Origin: Occultella glacieicola
Lineage (GTDB): Bacteria; Actinomycetota; Actinomycetes; Actinomycetales; Beutenbergiaceae
Assembly: GCF_004353825.1 (NCBI RefSeq)
Contig: NZ_SMNA01000001.1
Coordinates: 248,001-312,000, forward strand
DNA: 64,000 bases
Reading direction: 5' to 3'
Shown piece after piece: positions 48,292 through 57,484 of this stretch (position 1 is the first letter of the stretch; each line of letters begins with the position of its first letter). The notes below the pieces were generated by a model. That model made no database searches and was not told the origin of the DNA. It saw only the letters and a program-made list of their open reading frames with translations. Position numbers and translations under genes: made by a program.

Positions 48292-48909
48292 GATTGTCCG
48301 GTCGAGGTCGTCCGTTCGCCTGGGATCTTCGCGTCCTGCGTGAGAGCGTCGATGGTGGCCAACTCGTCGGTGCGGCCGACGAACCCGTAGACGTCGACAG
48401 GCAACTGGTAGGGCGTCGGCCTCCGACCGGACTCCGTGGCCTGCCCCGGTCTCACTGTGCTGACCGGACCGCACGGGGCGTCGCCCTGCAGTGTCCGTTC
48501 GTGCAGTGATTTCAGTTCGGCTCCCGGCTCCAGGCCCAATTCCGTTCGTCACAGCCGCTCGCCCTCCCGGAACACGGTCATCGCCTCCGCCCGGCGCCCG
48601 GATCGCCACAGCACGTCCACGAGGAGGCAGCGCAGGCGCTCCCGCAGCGGGGCATCGGCGACCGCCGTGGACAACTCGCCGACGAGCCCGCGGGCCGCGT
48701 CCGTCCCGAGGGTCAGCCGGGCCAGATCCTCCAGCACGGCGAGCCGGGTGTCCTCCCACCGCTGGATCGATGGCTCTAACGCGATGCTGTCGAGGCCGGC
48801 GAGCACCGGTCCCTGCCACAAGGACGAGGCGTGCCCGAGGGCCCCCGCGCTCCAACTCCTCGTCCTCGCGCTTGACGGTCAACCGCCCCAGCACCCTGAG
48901 GGTGAGCAT
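48285..48909 (-). pseudogene. AfsR/SARP (HTH-BTAD-NB-ARC) regulator pseudogene
   Basis: LRVLGRL..GGPRARLVL is fused out of frame (about 48821) to BTAD C-terminal LWQGPVLAGL...PLRERL...GRRAEA. There is an in-frame TGA at 48549-48551, then ELGLEPGAEL and QLPVDVYGFVGR. It is cut before the P-loop. Confidence 0.82.
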
Positions 48910-48956
48910 CGAGCCAGACTACGACCGCAACGATCGCGGGCCCGGCCGCGTCGGCG

Positions 48957-50492
48957 TCAGTGTTCGTGCCCGCCCGATCCACCTCCTGAGGACGCCCCCG
49001 CCGGTGGCTGCGCCACCTCACCCGGCGCGAGCACGACGAACTGCCCCATCAGCCCCTCGTCCTCGTGCCGGAGCAGGTGGCAGTGGTACATGTAGGGCAT
49101 CGCGGGGTCGCTGTAGTCCTCGAACCGCATCAGCAGCCGGTAGGTCCGTTGTGGCTCGGTGTAGACGGTGTCCTTGCGTCCGGCGAGCTCGGGCGGCGGG
49201 GCGTCGCCGTCGATGTCGAGCACCTCGAACTGCACGTCGTGCACGTGGAAGTTGTGCGGCGAGAGGTCCTGGTTGCGGACCTCCCAGATCTCGGTGGTGT
49301 CCACCTGCACGGACTCGTCGATCCGCCCCATGTCCATCCGCTGCCCGTTGATCTCCCGCCCCTGGAGCTGGAACGTCCGGGTGGTCGCGACGGCCGCGGC
49401 ATCGAGCCCGAACTCGGAGAACGCCCCGGCCGGCTCCGAGGACGGGGCGAGCGAGTCCGCGGCCCGCAGTCTCAGCACGTCGAACTCGTCGTTCCCGCCG
49501 ACCGCGAACGGCACGGCGACCCGCCCGAGTTCCGGCTTGAACGAGTGCAGCATCGCCTCGGTGCCCGGCTCCATCCGGACCAGGATCTCCGCGCGTTCGG
49601 CGGGCGAGAGCCGGATCCGATCGAGCTCGACGGGCGAGCGCAGCAGCCCGCCGTCGCTCGCCACGAGCGTGAACGAGCGGTCGGCGAAGCCGAACGAGTA
49701 CGTGCGCGCCGTCGAGCCGTTCAGGATCCGCAACCGGACGATCTCGGTGGTGACGTCGAGAACCGCCCCGATCGTCCCGTTCACCATGATCGTCGACCCG
49801 AGCAGCCCCACCTCGTTGCCGCCGTCGTCGATGGTGAGTTCGCCGTCGTCGAAGCTCTTGTCCTGCACGATCACCGGGATGTCGTCCACCCCGTACTCGT
49901 CCGGCAGGGCGGCGGCCTCGGTCTCGCCGTCGTCGATCAGGAACAGGCCGGCCAGGCCCTGGTAGACGTGCTGCTCGGTGGTGCCGTGCGGGTGCGGGTG
50001 GTACCAGAGCGTGGCGCCGGCCTGGTCGATCGTCCACTCCGGGCGCCAGGTCTGGCCGGGCTCGACGCTCTGGTGCGGCCCGCCGTCCATCGCGGCCGGC
50101 AGGTGCATGCCGTGCCAGTGCACGCTCGTGGTCTCCGGCAGGGAGTTCGTGACCTCGACGGCGACCCGCTCGCCGCGCTCGGCGCGCAGGGTGGGGCCGA
50201 GGAAGTCGCCGTTGAAGCCCCAGGTGGACGTGGTCGCGTCGTCGAGGAACCGGGACGTCCCGGCGCGCGCCTCGAGGGTGAACACACGGGTGCCGTCGGC
50301 GGCCACGCTGGACTCGGCCAACGGCGGGATCAGAAGCGGACGGTCGAACGCGTCCGGCTCGGTGACCGGGCTGACGCTCGCCCCGCACGCGGCCAGGCTC
50401 CCCGCGGCGACGACCGCCGGTGCCCCGGCGGCAAGCAGCAACAACGTCCGACGGCGCAGGCTCGCTCGGTCCGGTGTCCTCGCCCCGGTCAT
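48957..50492 (-). CDS. Tat-exported multicopper oxidase (three-domain), probable lipoprotein
   Basis: RRR-TLL Tat motif with LAAC lipobox, and copper motifs HWHG, WYHPH, HNFHVH and HCHLLRHEDEGL. Confidence 0.95.
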   Translation of the reverse strand: MTGARTPDRASLRRRTLLLLAAGAPAVVAAGSLAACGASVSPVTEPDAFDRPLLIPPLAESSVAADGTRVFTLEARAGTSRFLDDATTSTWGFNGDFLGPTLRAERGERVAVEVTNSLPETTSVHWHGMHLPAAMDGGPHQSVEPGQTWRPEWTIDQAGATLWYHPHPHGTTEQHVYQGLAGLFLIDDGETEAAALPDEYGVDDIPVIVQDKSFDDGELTIDDGGNEVGLLGSTIMVNGTIGAVLDVTTEIVRLRILNGSTARTYSFGFADRSFTLVASDGGLLRSPVELDRIRLSPAERAEILVRMEPGTEAMLHSFKPELGRVAVPFAVGGNDEFDVLRLRAADSLAPSSEPAGAFSEFGLDAAAVATTRTFQLQGREINGQRMDMGRIDESVQVDTTEIWEVRNQDLSPHNFHVHDVQFEVLDIDGDAPPPELAGRKDTVYTEPQRTYRLLMRFEDYSDPAMPYMYHCHLLRHEDEGLMGQFVVLAPGEVAQPPAGASSGGGSGGHEH

Positions 50493-51028
50493 CGCAACAG
50501 CCTCTGCAGGCCGAGCGCGATCAGGCCGGTCACGGCACCGAACAGGGTCTGGACGGCGAGGATCGGGATCGCCGCGAACGGCAGCGCGATCAGCCCCTCA
50601 CCGAGCCCGGCGGGCGCCAGGATGACGTCGACCAGCAGGGTGATCACCCCGGAGGCGAGCCCGGCCAGCGTCAGGGTCGCCAGCGGGCGGGCGACCCTGG
50701 CGAGCAGGACCACGGCGATCCAGGCGATCGCGATCACCGAGCGCAGCACGAGGGCGCGCTCGGGGCCGCCGAACTCGTCGGCGATCGGGCTGGCCGCGGT
50801 GAGCGGCCAGAGCAGGGTGAGGGCGCCGAGGCCGACGATCAGCACCCAGGACAGGGGCGCCGGGGTCGGCTTCGTGGCGGGGGCGGGTGGGCCGGGACGG
50901 CCCTGGTAAGGGGCCGGGCCCGCATTGCCGGACGCCGAGGCGTGGTGCTGCTCGAAGTGCCGGGACGTGACCTCGGCCGGCAGCGCGCGCCGGGGGTCGG
51001 GGTTGCCTCGTTCGGGTTGTGTGCTCAT
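50489..51028 (-). CDS. Small 4-TM membrane protein co-transcribed with the oxidase
   Basis: Hydrophobic C-terminal half and ATGA overlap with the oxidase. TAGCGT lies 7 nt before the ATG. Confidence 0.75.
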   Translation of the reverse strand: MSTQPERGNPDPRRALPAEVTSRHFEQHHASASGNAGPAPYQGRPGPPAPATKPTPAPLSWVLIVGLGALTLLWPLTAASPIADEFGGPERALVLRSVIAIAWIAVVLLARVARPLATLTLAGLASGVITLLVDVILAPAGLGEGLIALPFAAIPILAVQTLFGAVTGLIALGLQRLLR

Positions 51029-51184
51029 GTCCTCGACGCTAGGAATCCACGCCCGCGCACACATCGGCCCGGAGGTGCGTCCGGCCGTCGCAGGTTGTCG
51101 GTACCCGATGTCGCTCCCAGGCGACTGCGATCCCCGACCCCTGCGGGATGTCCCCCAGGGGTGGTTCTTCCTAGGCTGGGGGAC

Positions 51185-52342
51185 ATGCGAGCCGGCGAGG
51201 TGGACCCGAGGGTGCTCGACGCGCTCCTCGGCGTCGGCATCGCCATGAGCGTCGCGCTGTTGATCCTCGCCGACCCGGGCCGGGTCGATCCCGAGCCCGC
51301 ACCCGCGGTCGCGTACCTGTTCGCCGTCGGGTTCGGGCTGCTGATGGCGATCCGACGGCGGTTCTCGCGGCTGGTGCTGGTGCTCACCGTCGCGGGGGTG
51401 TTCGTGTACTACGCGCTCGGGTTCCCGCCGATCGGGATCGCGCTGCCCGGGGTCGCGGCGCTGTACTCCGCGTCGGAGCAGGGGCACCCCTGGTGGTCCG
51501 CCGCCTGGAGCGCCCTGCTCATCGGCGTCGCGGCCTACTTCCGGATCGCCGAGGGTCAGCCGACGGCGTACCTGCTCGGGTACGAGCTGCTCACCAATGT
51601 GGCGCTCGCCGCCGCCGCCATCGCCCTCGGGGTGAGCGTGCGGACCCGCAGGCGGGCTCGCGCCCAGGCCGAGCGGATCGCCGCCCTGACCAGTGCCGAG
51701 CAGCAGTATCTCGCCGACCAGCGGCTGCAGACCGAACGGGTCCAGATCGCCCGGGACGTCCACGACGTCGTCGGTCACACGCTGTCGGTGGTCGCCGTGC
51801 ACGCGAACGTCGCGGACGAGGCGATCGGGCACGACGACGAGGCCGCACACCACGCCGTCGCCCAGATCCGGGCGACGACCGCCGAGACCATGGGGGAGCT
51901 GCGGGCCACGGTCCGGCTGCTCCGCGACCCCGGCACCGTCGCCCCCGGCCTGGCCGGGCTGGCGCGGCTCACCGACCCCGCGCGCGAGGCCGGCCTCGAG
52001 GTCGGCACCGAGGTCGACGTCCCCGAGGGGGCACTCTCGGGGGCGATCGACGCCGCCGCCTACCGGATCGTCCAGGAGTCACTGACGAACGTGCTCCGGC
52101 ACGCGCGGGCGCACCGGGTCGAGATCTCGGCGGAGGTCGCCGACGGTCGCCTGCACCTCAGCGTGGTGGACGACGGGGTCGGTGCCGGACGGGATGCCGG
52201 GAGTGCCGCGGGCGCCGGAGGTCACGGCATCGCCGGGATGTCCGAGCGAGCCAACCTGCTCGGCGGCACCCTGACCGCGCGACCCCGGCAGGGCGGCGGC
52301 TTCGCGGTGCACGCGCATCTGCCGGCGAGGCTGGACAGATGA
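51185..52342 (+). CDS. HisKA_3 sensor histidine kinase
   Basis: Motifs ERVQIARDVHDVVGH, QESLTNVLRHA, DDGVG and GHGIAGMSER. Confidence 0.95.
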   Translation: MRAGEVDPRVLDALLGVGIAMSVALLILADPGRVDPEPAPAVAYLFAVGFGLLMAIRRRFSRLVLVLTVAGVFVYYALGFPPIGIALPGVAALYSASEQGHPWWSAAWSALLIGVAAYFRIAEGQPTAYLLGYELLTNVALAAAAIALGVSVRTRRRARAQAERIAALTSAEQQYLADQRLQTERVQIARDVHDVVGHTLSVVAVHANVADEAIGHDDEAAHHAVAQIRATTAETMGELRATVRLLRDPGTVAPGLAGLARLTDPAREAGLEVGTEVDVPEGALSGAIDAAAYRIVQESLTNVLRHARAHRVEISAEVADGRLHLSVVDDGVGAGRDAGSAAGAGGHGIAGMSERANLLGGTLTARPRQGGGFAVHAHLPARLDR

Positions 52343-52466
52343 CGAACGCAGCCGCGCTCGGATCCACGACGACCGCGCCCGGACCGAACACGGTGGCGAC
52401 CGGGCTGACCGATGGTGCGCGCGACGACCGAGACCCGACCGATCACCGACCGATGAGGCACCCGCG

Positions 52467-53150
52467 ATGACCCCGGACCCACCCGCCCCGATCCGCGTCG
52501 TCATGGCCGACGACTCCACCCTGGTCCGCGCGGGCCTGCTCGCGCTCGCCACCCATGAGGGGGACATCGAGGTCGTCGCCCAGGCCGGCACCGGCAGGGA
52601 GGCGATCGCTCAGGCGCGGCGGACCCACCCCGACGTCGTCCTGATGGATCTGCGGATGCCGGAGCTGGACGGGATCGAGGCGACCGCCGCCATCGGCGCC
52701 GACCCCGACCTCGCCGACGTCCGTGTGCTGGTGCTGACCACGTTCGACGAGGACTCCGACATCCTCGAGGCGATCCGTGCCGGAGCCAGCGGCTACCTGC
52801 TCAAGGACGTGGCGCCGTCGGACCTGCGGAACGCGATCCGCACGGTCGCCGCGGGGGAGGCGACGCTGTCGCCGGCCGTCGCCCGGACCCTGATGCGGCA
52901 GGTCGCGGATGCCCCGGTGCCGCGCACCGTCTCCGGCGTGCTCGACTCCCTCACCGAACGCGAGCGCGAGGTGCTCACGCTGATCGGCCGCGGCCGCTCC
53001 AACCAGGAGGTGGCGGCCGAGCTGTTCCTCAGCCCGGCCACCGCCCGCACCTACGCCAGCCGGCTGCTGAGCAAGCTGAACGCTCGCGACCGGGCCCAGC
53101 TCGTGGTGCTCGCCTACGAGTCCGGCCTGGTCAGCCCGGGTCGGGACTGA
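52467..53150 (+). CDS. NarL/LuxR response regulator
   Basis: Motifs ADD, LMDLRMP, LTTFDED and LTEREREVL...RDRAQLV. Confidence 0.95.
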   Translation: MTPDPPAPIRVVMADDSTLVRAGLLALATHEGDIEVVAQAGTGREAIAQARRTHPDVVLMDLRMPELDGIEATAAIGADPDLADVRVLVLTTFDEDSDILEAIRAGASGYLLKDVAPSDLRNAIRTVAAGEATLSPAVARTLMRQVADAPVPRTVSGVLDSLTEREREVLTLIGRGRSNQEVAAELFLSPATARTYASRLLSKLNARDRAQLVVLAYESGLVSPGRD

Positions 53151-53215
53151 CCTCGGACGGGGACTGATCTCGAAGGTGGCGGGACGCGATCGGCCGCCTC
53201 GCTGGGAGGACCGAG

Positions 53216-53605
53216 TCACGGGTAGATGTCACCGTCGACGTACACCCAGCGACCGGCGCGCCGCGTGAATGAGCTCCGTTCGTGCAGCTCGCCCGGGCCC
53301 GCGGCGGTCCGGAATCCGGCACGGAACTCCACCACGCCGTCGGTGTCGTCGGGTCCGCCGGCTTCGGTGCCCAGGATGGTCAGGCCGAGCCAGGTCAGCC
53401 CGGGCGTGGCTTCGATCTCGTCGGGCCGGGTGCGCGGGTGCCAGGTCCGGAACACATGGTCCAACGCCCCGACGGCGTAGCCGCAGTACCGGGACCGCAT
53501 CAGTTCCGCCGCGGTACTCGCGCACCTCTCCTGCCGGTGCAGGGGGCCGCAACAGGCGTCGTAGGTCGCGCCGCCACCGCACGCGCAGGCACGTTCGAGG
53601 CTCAC
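53216..53605 (-). CDS. YchJ family (SEC-C/NTF2-like, UPF0225) protein
   Basis: Motifs CACG..YDACC, TAAELMRSRY and HERSSF...WVYVDG. Confidence 0.92.
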   Translation of the reverse strand: MSLERACACGGGATYDACCGPLHRQERCASTAAELMRSRYCGYAVGALDHVFRTWHPRTRPDEIEATPGLTWLGLTILGTEAGGPDDTDGVVEFRAGFRTAAGPGELHERSSFTRRAGRWVYVDGDIYP

Positions 53606-54243
53606 CCGCTCGTGGCCTTACCGCGTGGGTCGGCGCTCTCGAACCCCTCGCGCAGGAACGTGACCACGGCTTCCGGCAGCCCGACCAGGGCGGCCCCGGC
53701 GGAGTCGACGTGCACCGAGACCGGGCCGTTCCAGTCGCTCATCCGGACCCGCCCGTCGACCACCCAGTGCGTCCCGATCTGCTCGCGGTCGACGACGACG
53801 CCGTATCGCTGCGCCTCGACCGGCGTGCCGCCGGGCGGGGTGACACGCTCGGGCCGCTGCCGTTCCAGCGTGGCCCGGTCGGCGCCGTCGACCGGGTCGG
53901 AGTCCTCGAGCCGGATGTAGCGGACGGCGGGCTCACCGGAGGCGATCAGGTCCGCGAGCAGCAGGAACTCCCCGTAGCTCGGCATCGTGTCGGTGTCGAG
54001 GCCCGCGCTCACCCGGTCCACCTGCGCCCGCACGGCCTCCGGCTCGGCCCGGTAGGTCGAGGTCTCCCAGGTGCGGGCCCCGTGGGCGAACCGGACCACC
54101 GACTCGGCGCGGAGGTACTCGGCGCCCGCGATCGGGAACGCGATCCGGGTCCGCAGGACGAGGTCGTCGAAGAGGCGGTGCACAGCCCCGTCGTGCTCCA
54201 GCGTGCCCGAGCGCCCCGAGTGGAAGGTCTCCCAACGGTCCAT
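53602..54243 (-). CDS. Hypothetical protein
   Basis: GC3-biased ORF with a GTGA overlap to the YchJ gene. No recognisable family. Confidence 0.65.
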   Translation of the reverse strand: MDRWETFHSGRSGTLEHDGAVHRLFDDLVLRTRIAFPIAGAEYLRAESVVRFAHGARTWETSTYRAEPEAVRAQVDRVSAGLDTDTMPSYGEFLLLADLIASGEPAVRYIRLEDSDPVDGADRATLERQRPERVTPPGGTPVEAQRYGVVVDREQIGTHWVVDGRVRMSDWNGPVSVHVDSAGAALVGLPEAVVTFLREGFESADPRGKATSG

Positions 54244-54263
54244 GCTCCCAACCTGCCAGACCG

Positions 54264-54983
54264 CTACCCGCTCAGCCACCCGCCGTCGTGCACGAGCAGC
54301 GCGATCTGGGTGCGGTTGCCCACCTCAAGCTTGGTCAGCACGGTCGAGACGTACGCCTTCACCGTCGCCACCGACAGGAACAGCGCGACCGCGATCTCGG
54401 CGTTCGTGGCGCCCCGGCCGATCTCACGGGCCACCTCCGCCTCCCGCTCGCTGAGCCGGTCGAGACGGCGTCGAGCGGCCTCCCGGGGGCCGACCTCGCC
54501 GACCGTCCGCGAGATGAGGTGCCGGGTGACCTCCGGGGAGAGCACCGCGTCGCCGTCGGCCACCCGCGCGAGCGCGGCCACGATCTCCTGCGGCGGCGTG
54601 TCCTTGAGCAGGTACCCGCTCGCACCGGCCCGCAACGCACCGACGATCTCGGCGTCCGTGTGGAACGTGGTCAGCACCACCACCTCGGGCGCTCCCGGGG
54701 TGGCGCGCAGCCGCTCGGTGGCGGCGATCCCGTCCACCCGGGGCATCCGCAGGTCCATCAGCACCACGTCACTGGGGTGGGCCGCGAGGGCGTCCGGGAC
54801 CTCGTCGCCGTCGCCCGCCTCGCCGACCACGCGGATCGTGGTGGCGTCGGTGCCGGCTCCGTCGAGCATCATGGTCAGCCCGGCCCGTACCAGCGCGTCG
54901 TCGTCGACGATCAGGACCCGGAGGGTGCGCTCGGGGCCTGGTTCCTGCGTCACTGCGTCGGTGTTCCGGGTCACCGTGGCCAT
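54264..54983 (-). CDS. NarL/LuxR response regulator
   Basis: Motifs VDDDALVRAG, LMDLRMP and LSEREAEVA...NRTQIA. Start position uncertain. Confidence 0.92.
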   Translation of the reverse strand: MATVTRNTDAVTQEPGPERTLRVLIVDDDALVRAGLTMMLDGAGTDATTIRVVGEAGDGDEVPDALAAHPSDVVLMDLRMPRVDGIAATERLRATPGAPEVVVLTTFHTDAEIVGALRAGASGYLLKDTPPQEIVAALARVADGDAVLSPEVTRHLISRTVGEVGPREAARRRLDRLSEREAEVAREIGRGATNAEIAVALFLSVATVKAYVSTVLTKLEVGNRTQIALLVHDGGWLSG

Positions 54984-56185
54984 GGTAGCCAGGCGGCGAC
55001 CCGGAACCCTGAGCCGTCCGGGCCGTCCGGGCCGTGGGTGATCCGGCCGCCGGCCAGGTCGACCCGCTCGGCCAACCCGATCAGACCCGCCGAGGACCCG
55101 GCGAGGGCGGGGTCCCTCGGCGCGGAGGCGGCGTCGTTGACGACCTCGACGGTCAGTCCCTCGCCCGGCTCGCCGTCCACGCGGACCCGCACCGGCGCAC
55201 CCGGGGCGTGCTTGCGGGCGTTCGTCAGCGCCTCCTGCACGATCCGGTACCCGGTTCGCGCGGACAGCCCCGGCAGGGTGGCCGGATCGGCGTAGTGGTG
55301 GGCGTAGGTGATCTCGGTGCCCGCGGCCCGGGTGGTGGCGACCAGTGCGGCGATCTCGGGCACGTCCGGCTGCGGCCGGGGCCGGTCGTGTGGGTCCCGC
55401 AGGTCCTGGCCGGCCGGCCGGTCGGACCCGTCGCCCTCGGGTAGCCGAAGCACCCCGATCACCTCGCGGAGGTCTTCGAGCGCCTCGTGGGTGCCGGTGC
55501 GCAACACCGCCGCCGCCCGTGCCACCTGGTCGGCCGGTGCGTCCGGCCGGTACTCCAGCGCCCCGGCATACGTGGCCAGCAACGACAGCCGGTGGGCGAG
55601 CACGTCGTGCATCTCCCGGGCGATCCGGGCACGTTCGGCGAGCCGGGCCCTCTCGGCCTGCCGGTCCCGGTCGGCCTCGGCCCGAGCGGCGCGTTCGCGC
55701 AGGGACATGACGAGCTCCGCGCGGGACCGGGCCAGGGCCCCGACGCCGAGCAGTGCGGCGTGCGCGGCGGCGTCCAGCAACACGAACCAGAAGGTGTCGA
55801 TCCCGGGTATCGGCCGCCACAGGTACTGCACCAGGTGCGCCCCGAACCCGATCACGGCGATCCCGACGGCGTCCGGGAGCGGCGCGTTGCGGGCCACGTA
55901 GTAGGTGCCCATGGTCGACCCCGGCGTCGCCAGCGGCGACAACGTCGCCAGCACCGCGAGTGCGGCGGCGCCCGGCACCGGACGGCGCACCAGCAGCGGC
56001 ACAGACGCGACCGAGACCAGGGCGACGCCGATGTCCAGAGCGAGCTCCGCCGTCGTGCTCTCGTCCTGGATCGGGCCGATGAGGCTGACGCCGGCGAGCG
56101 CGGCCAGCCCGAGCATCATCACGGCCGTGACCCGCGGAGGCGGGCGCCGCCGGTCCTCGGCGCAGATCTCCTGGAGGGTCCTCAC
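54971..56185 (-). CDS. HisKA_3 sensor histidine kinase
   Basis: Motifs ERARIAREMHDVLAHRLS and QEALTNARKHAPG. TACGCT lies 7 nt before the GTG at 56185. Confidence 0.93.
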   Translation of the reverse strand: MRTLQEICAEDRRRPPPRVTAVMMLGLAALAGVSLIGPIQDESTTAELALDIGVALVSVASVPLLVRRPVPGAAALAVLATLSPLATPGSTMGTYYVARNAPLPDAVGIAVIGFGAHLVQYLWRPIPGIDTFWFVLLDAAAHAALLGVGALARSRAELVMSLRERAARAEADRDRQAERARLAERARIAREMHDVLAHRLSLLATYAGALEYRPDAPADQVARAAAVLRTGTHEALEDLREVIGVLRLPEGDGSDRPAGQDLRDPHDRPRPQPDVPEIAALVATTRAAGTEITYAHHYADPATLPGLSARTGYRIVQEALTNARKHAPGAPVRVRVDGEPGEGLTVEVVNDAASAPRDPALAGSSAGLIGLAERVDLAGGRITHGPDGPDGSGFRVAAWLPWPR

Positions 56186-56357
56186 GCCGTTCAGCGTACG
56201 AATCGCGGGGCCCACCCCGATACGGCCGAAGGTCGGTACCGCTCGCGCCGCACGGCCGGTGCGTCCTGGCCCCCCGGCCGATACCGGTGCGCGGCGCCGA
56301 TCGCGACGGTGGAACCGGTGACCGCACGGTGCGGCACCCCCCTCACCGAAGGAGCAG

Positions 56358-56828
56358 ATGATGACGACGACCTCGACCCCCGGCACCCCGACCCCCCGGA
56401 CCGGCGCGCCCACGGCGACCCGCGCACGCCGCCTGCGCCGGCTTCTCGCCGTGGGCGTGGCCACCGCCGTCGGCATCGGCATCTGGCTGATCGCGGTGCC
56501 CGTCCTCGGTGCCGAACTGTCGGTGACCACGCCCGACGGCGCCATGGCGGTCGGACCGGCGTCCGTGCTGGTGGCCGGCGTGGTCGCGGGCCTGGCCGGG
56601 TGGGGCTCACTGGCCGTGCTCGAGCGGCTGACCACCGGCGCCGCGAAGGTCTGGACCGTGCTCGCGCTCGCCCTCACCGTGGTCTCCCTGCTGGGGCCGG
56701 TCGGGCAGGCGCAGTCGCTGGAGGCCACGCTCGCCCTCGGCGCGATGCACCTGGGCGTCGGCGCGGCGCTGATCGGGCTGCTTCCGGCCCGCGGCACCGG
56801 CCCGACCCCCTCGGCAGGTGACCGGTGA
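56358..56828 (+). CDS. DUF6069-like small membrane protein
   Basis: Four TM segments with LAVLERLT...WTVLA...SLLGP...LGAMHL. GAAGGAG RBS. Confidence 0.75.
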   Translation: MMTTTSTPGTPTPRTGAPTATRARRLRRLLAVGVATAVGIGIWLIAVPVLGAELSVTTPDGAMAVGPASVLVAGVVAGLAGWGSLAVLERLTTGAAKVWTVLALALTVVSLLGPVGQAQSLEATLALGAMHLGVGAALIGLLPARGTGPTPSAGDR

Positions 56829-57385
56829 GGCCCGCCCACGTGGACGCTCCGTCCCGGACCGCGCTGCTGGCGCCGCTGACCGGTGCCGTACTGGAGATCG
56901 GGGCCGGGGACGGAGCGAATCTGGCCAGCTTCGGCCCGGACGTCTCCTGGTGCGGCATCGAGCCGGACCGTCGGCGCCGCAACCGGCTGCTCGCCCGGGC
57001 GGACGGCCTCGGCATGGACGTGCAGGTCGACGACGGCTTCGCCGAGCATCTCGAGGCGCCCGATGCCTCGGTCGACGCGGTCGTGAGCACCACGGTGCTG
57101 TGCACCGTCCAGGATCCGACGGCGGCGCTCGCCGAGGTCCGGCGGGTGCTGGTCCCGGGTGGCCGGTTCGTGTTCTGGGAGCACGTCGCCGCGCCGGCCT
57201 GGACACCGGTGCGGGTGGCTCAGGAGCTCTGGAGCTGGCGAGCGCCCGACGGGTGCCGTGCGAACCGCGACACCCTGACCTCCATCCGCGCCGCGGGCTT
57301 CGCGGACGTGCAGGTCTCCACCTTCACCCAGCCTGGCCCCCTCGGCCTGGCGATCCCGTTCATCGCCGGACACGCGACCACGTAG
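56825..57385 (+). CDS. Class I SAM-dependent methyltransferase (Methyltransf_11)
   Basis: Motifs VLEIGAGDG, SVDAVVST.VLC.V.D and RVLVPGG. Confidence 0.88.
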   Translation: MRPAHVDAPSRTALLAPLTGAVLEIGAGDGANLASFGPDVSWCGIEPDRRRRNRLLARADGLGMDVQVDDGFAEHLEAPDASVDAVVSTTVLCTVQDPTAALAEVRRVLVPGGRFVFWEHVAAPAWTPVRVAQELWSWRAPDGCRANRDTLTSIRAAGFADVQVSTFTQPGPLGLAIPFIAGHATT

Positions 57386-57484
57386 GCCGGCCGAGCGCGT
57401 GGTTCCCACGGGTCCGACGGCGCGCAACCGGCGGCAACCGCGCGCTCGGCGGCACGTCATCCGGACTGCGGCCTCGACGGCGGC

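Noticed and set aside
45748..48909. 1053-aa ORF apparently fusing a SARP N-terminus to the HNH protein
   Set aside because: Only the first about 30 codons are SARP-like. The middle is antisense to the MFS pseudogene, and the HNH gene has its own RBS (GGAGGTGAGG) and ATG at 47418. This is a chance open frame in high-GC DNA.
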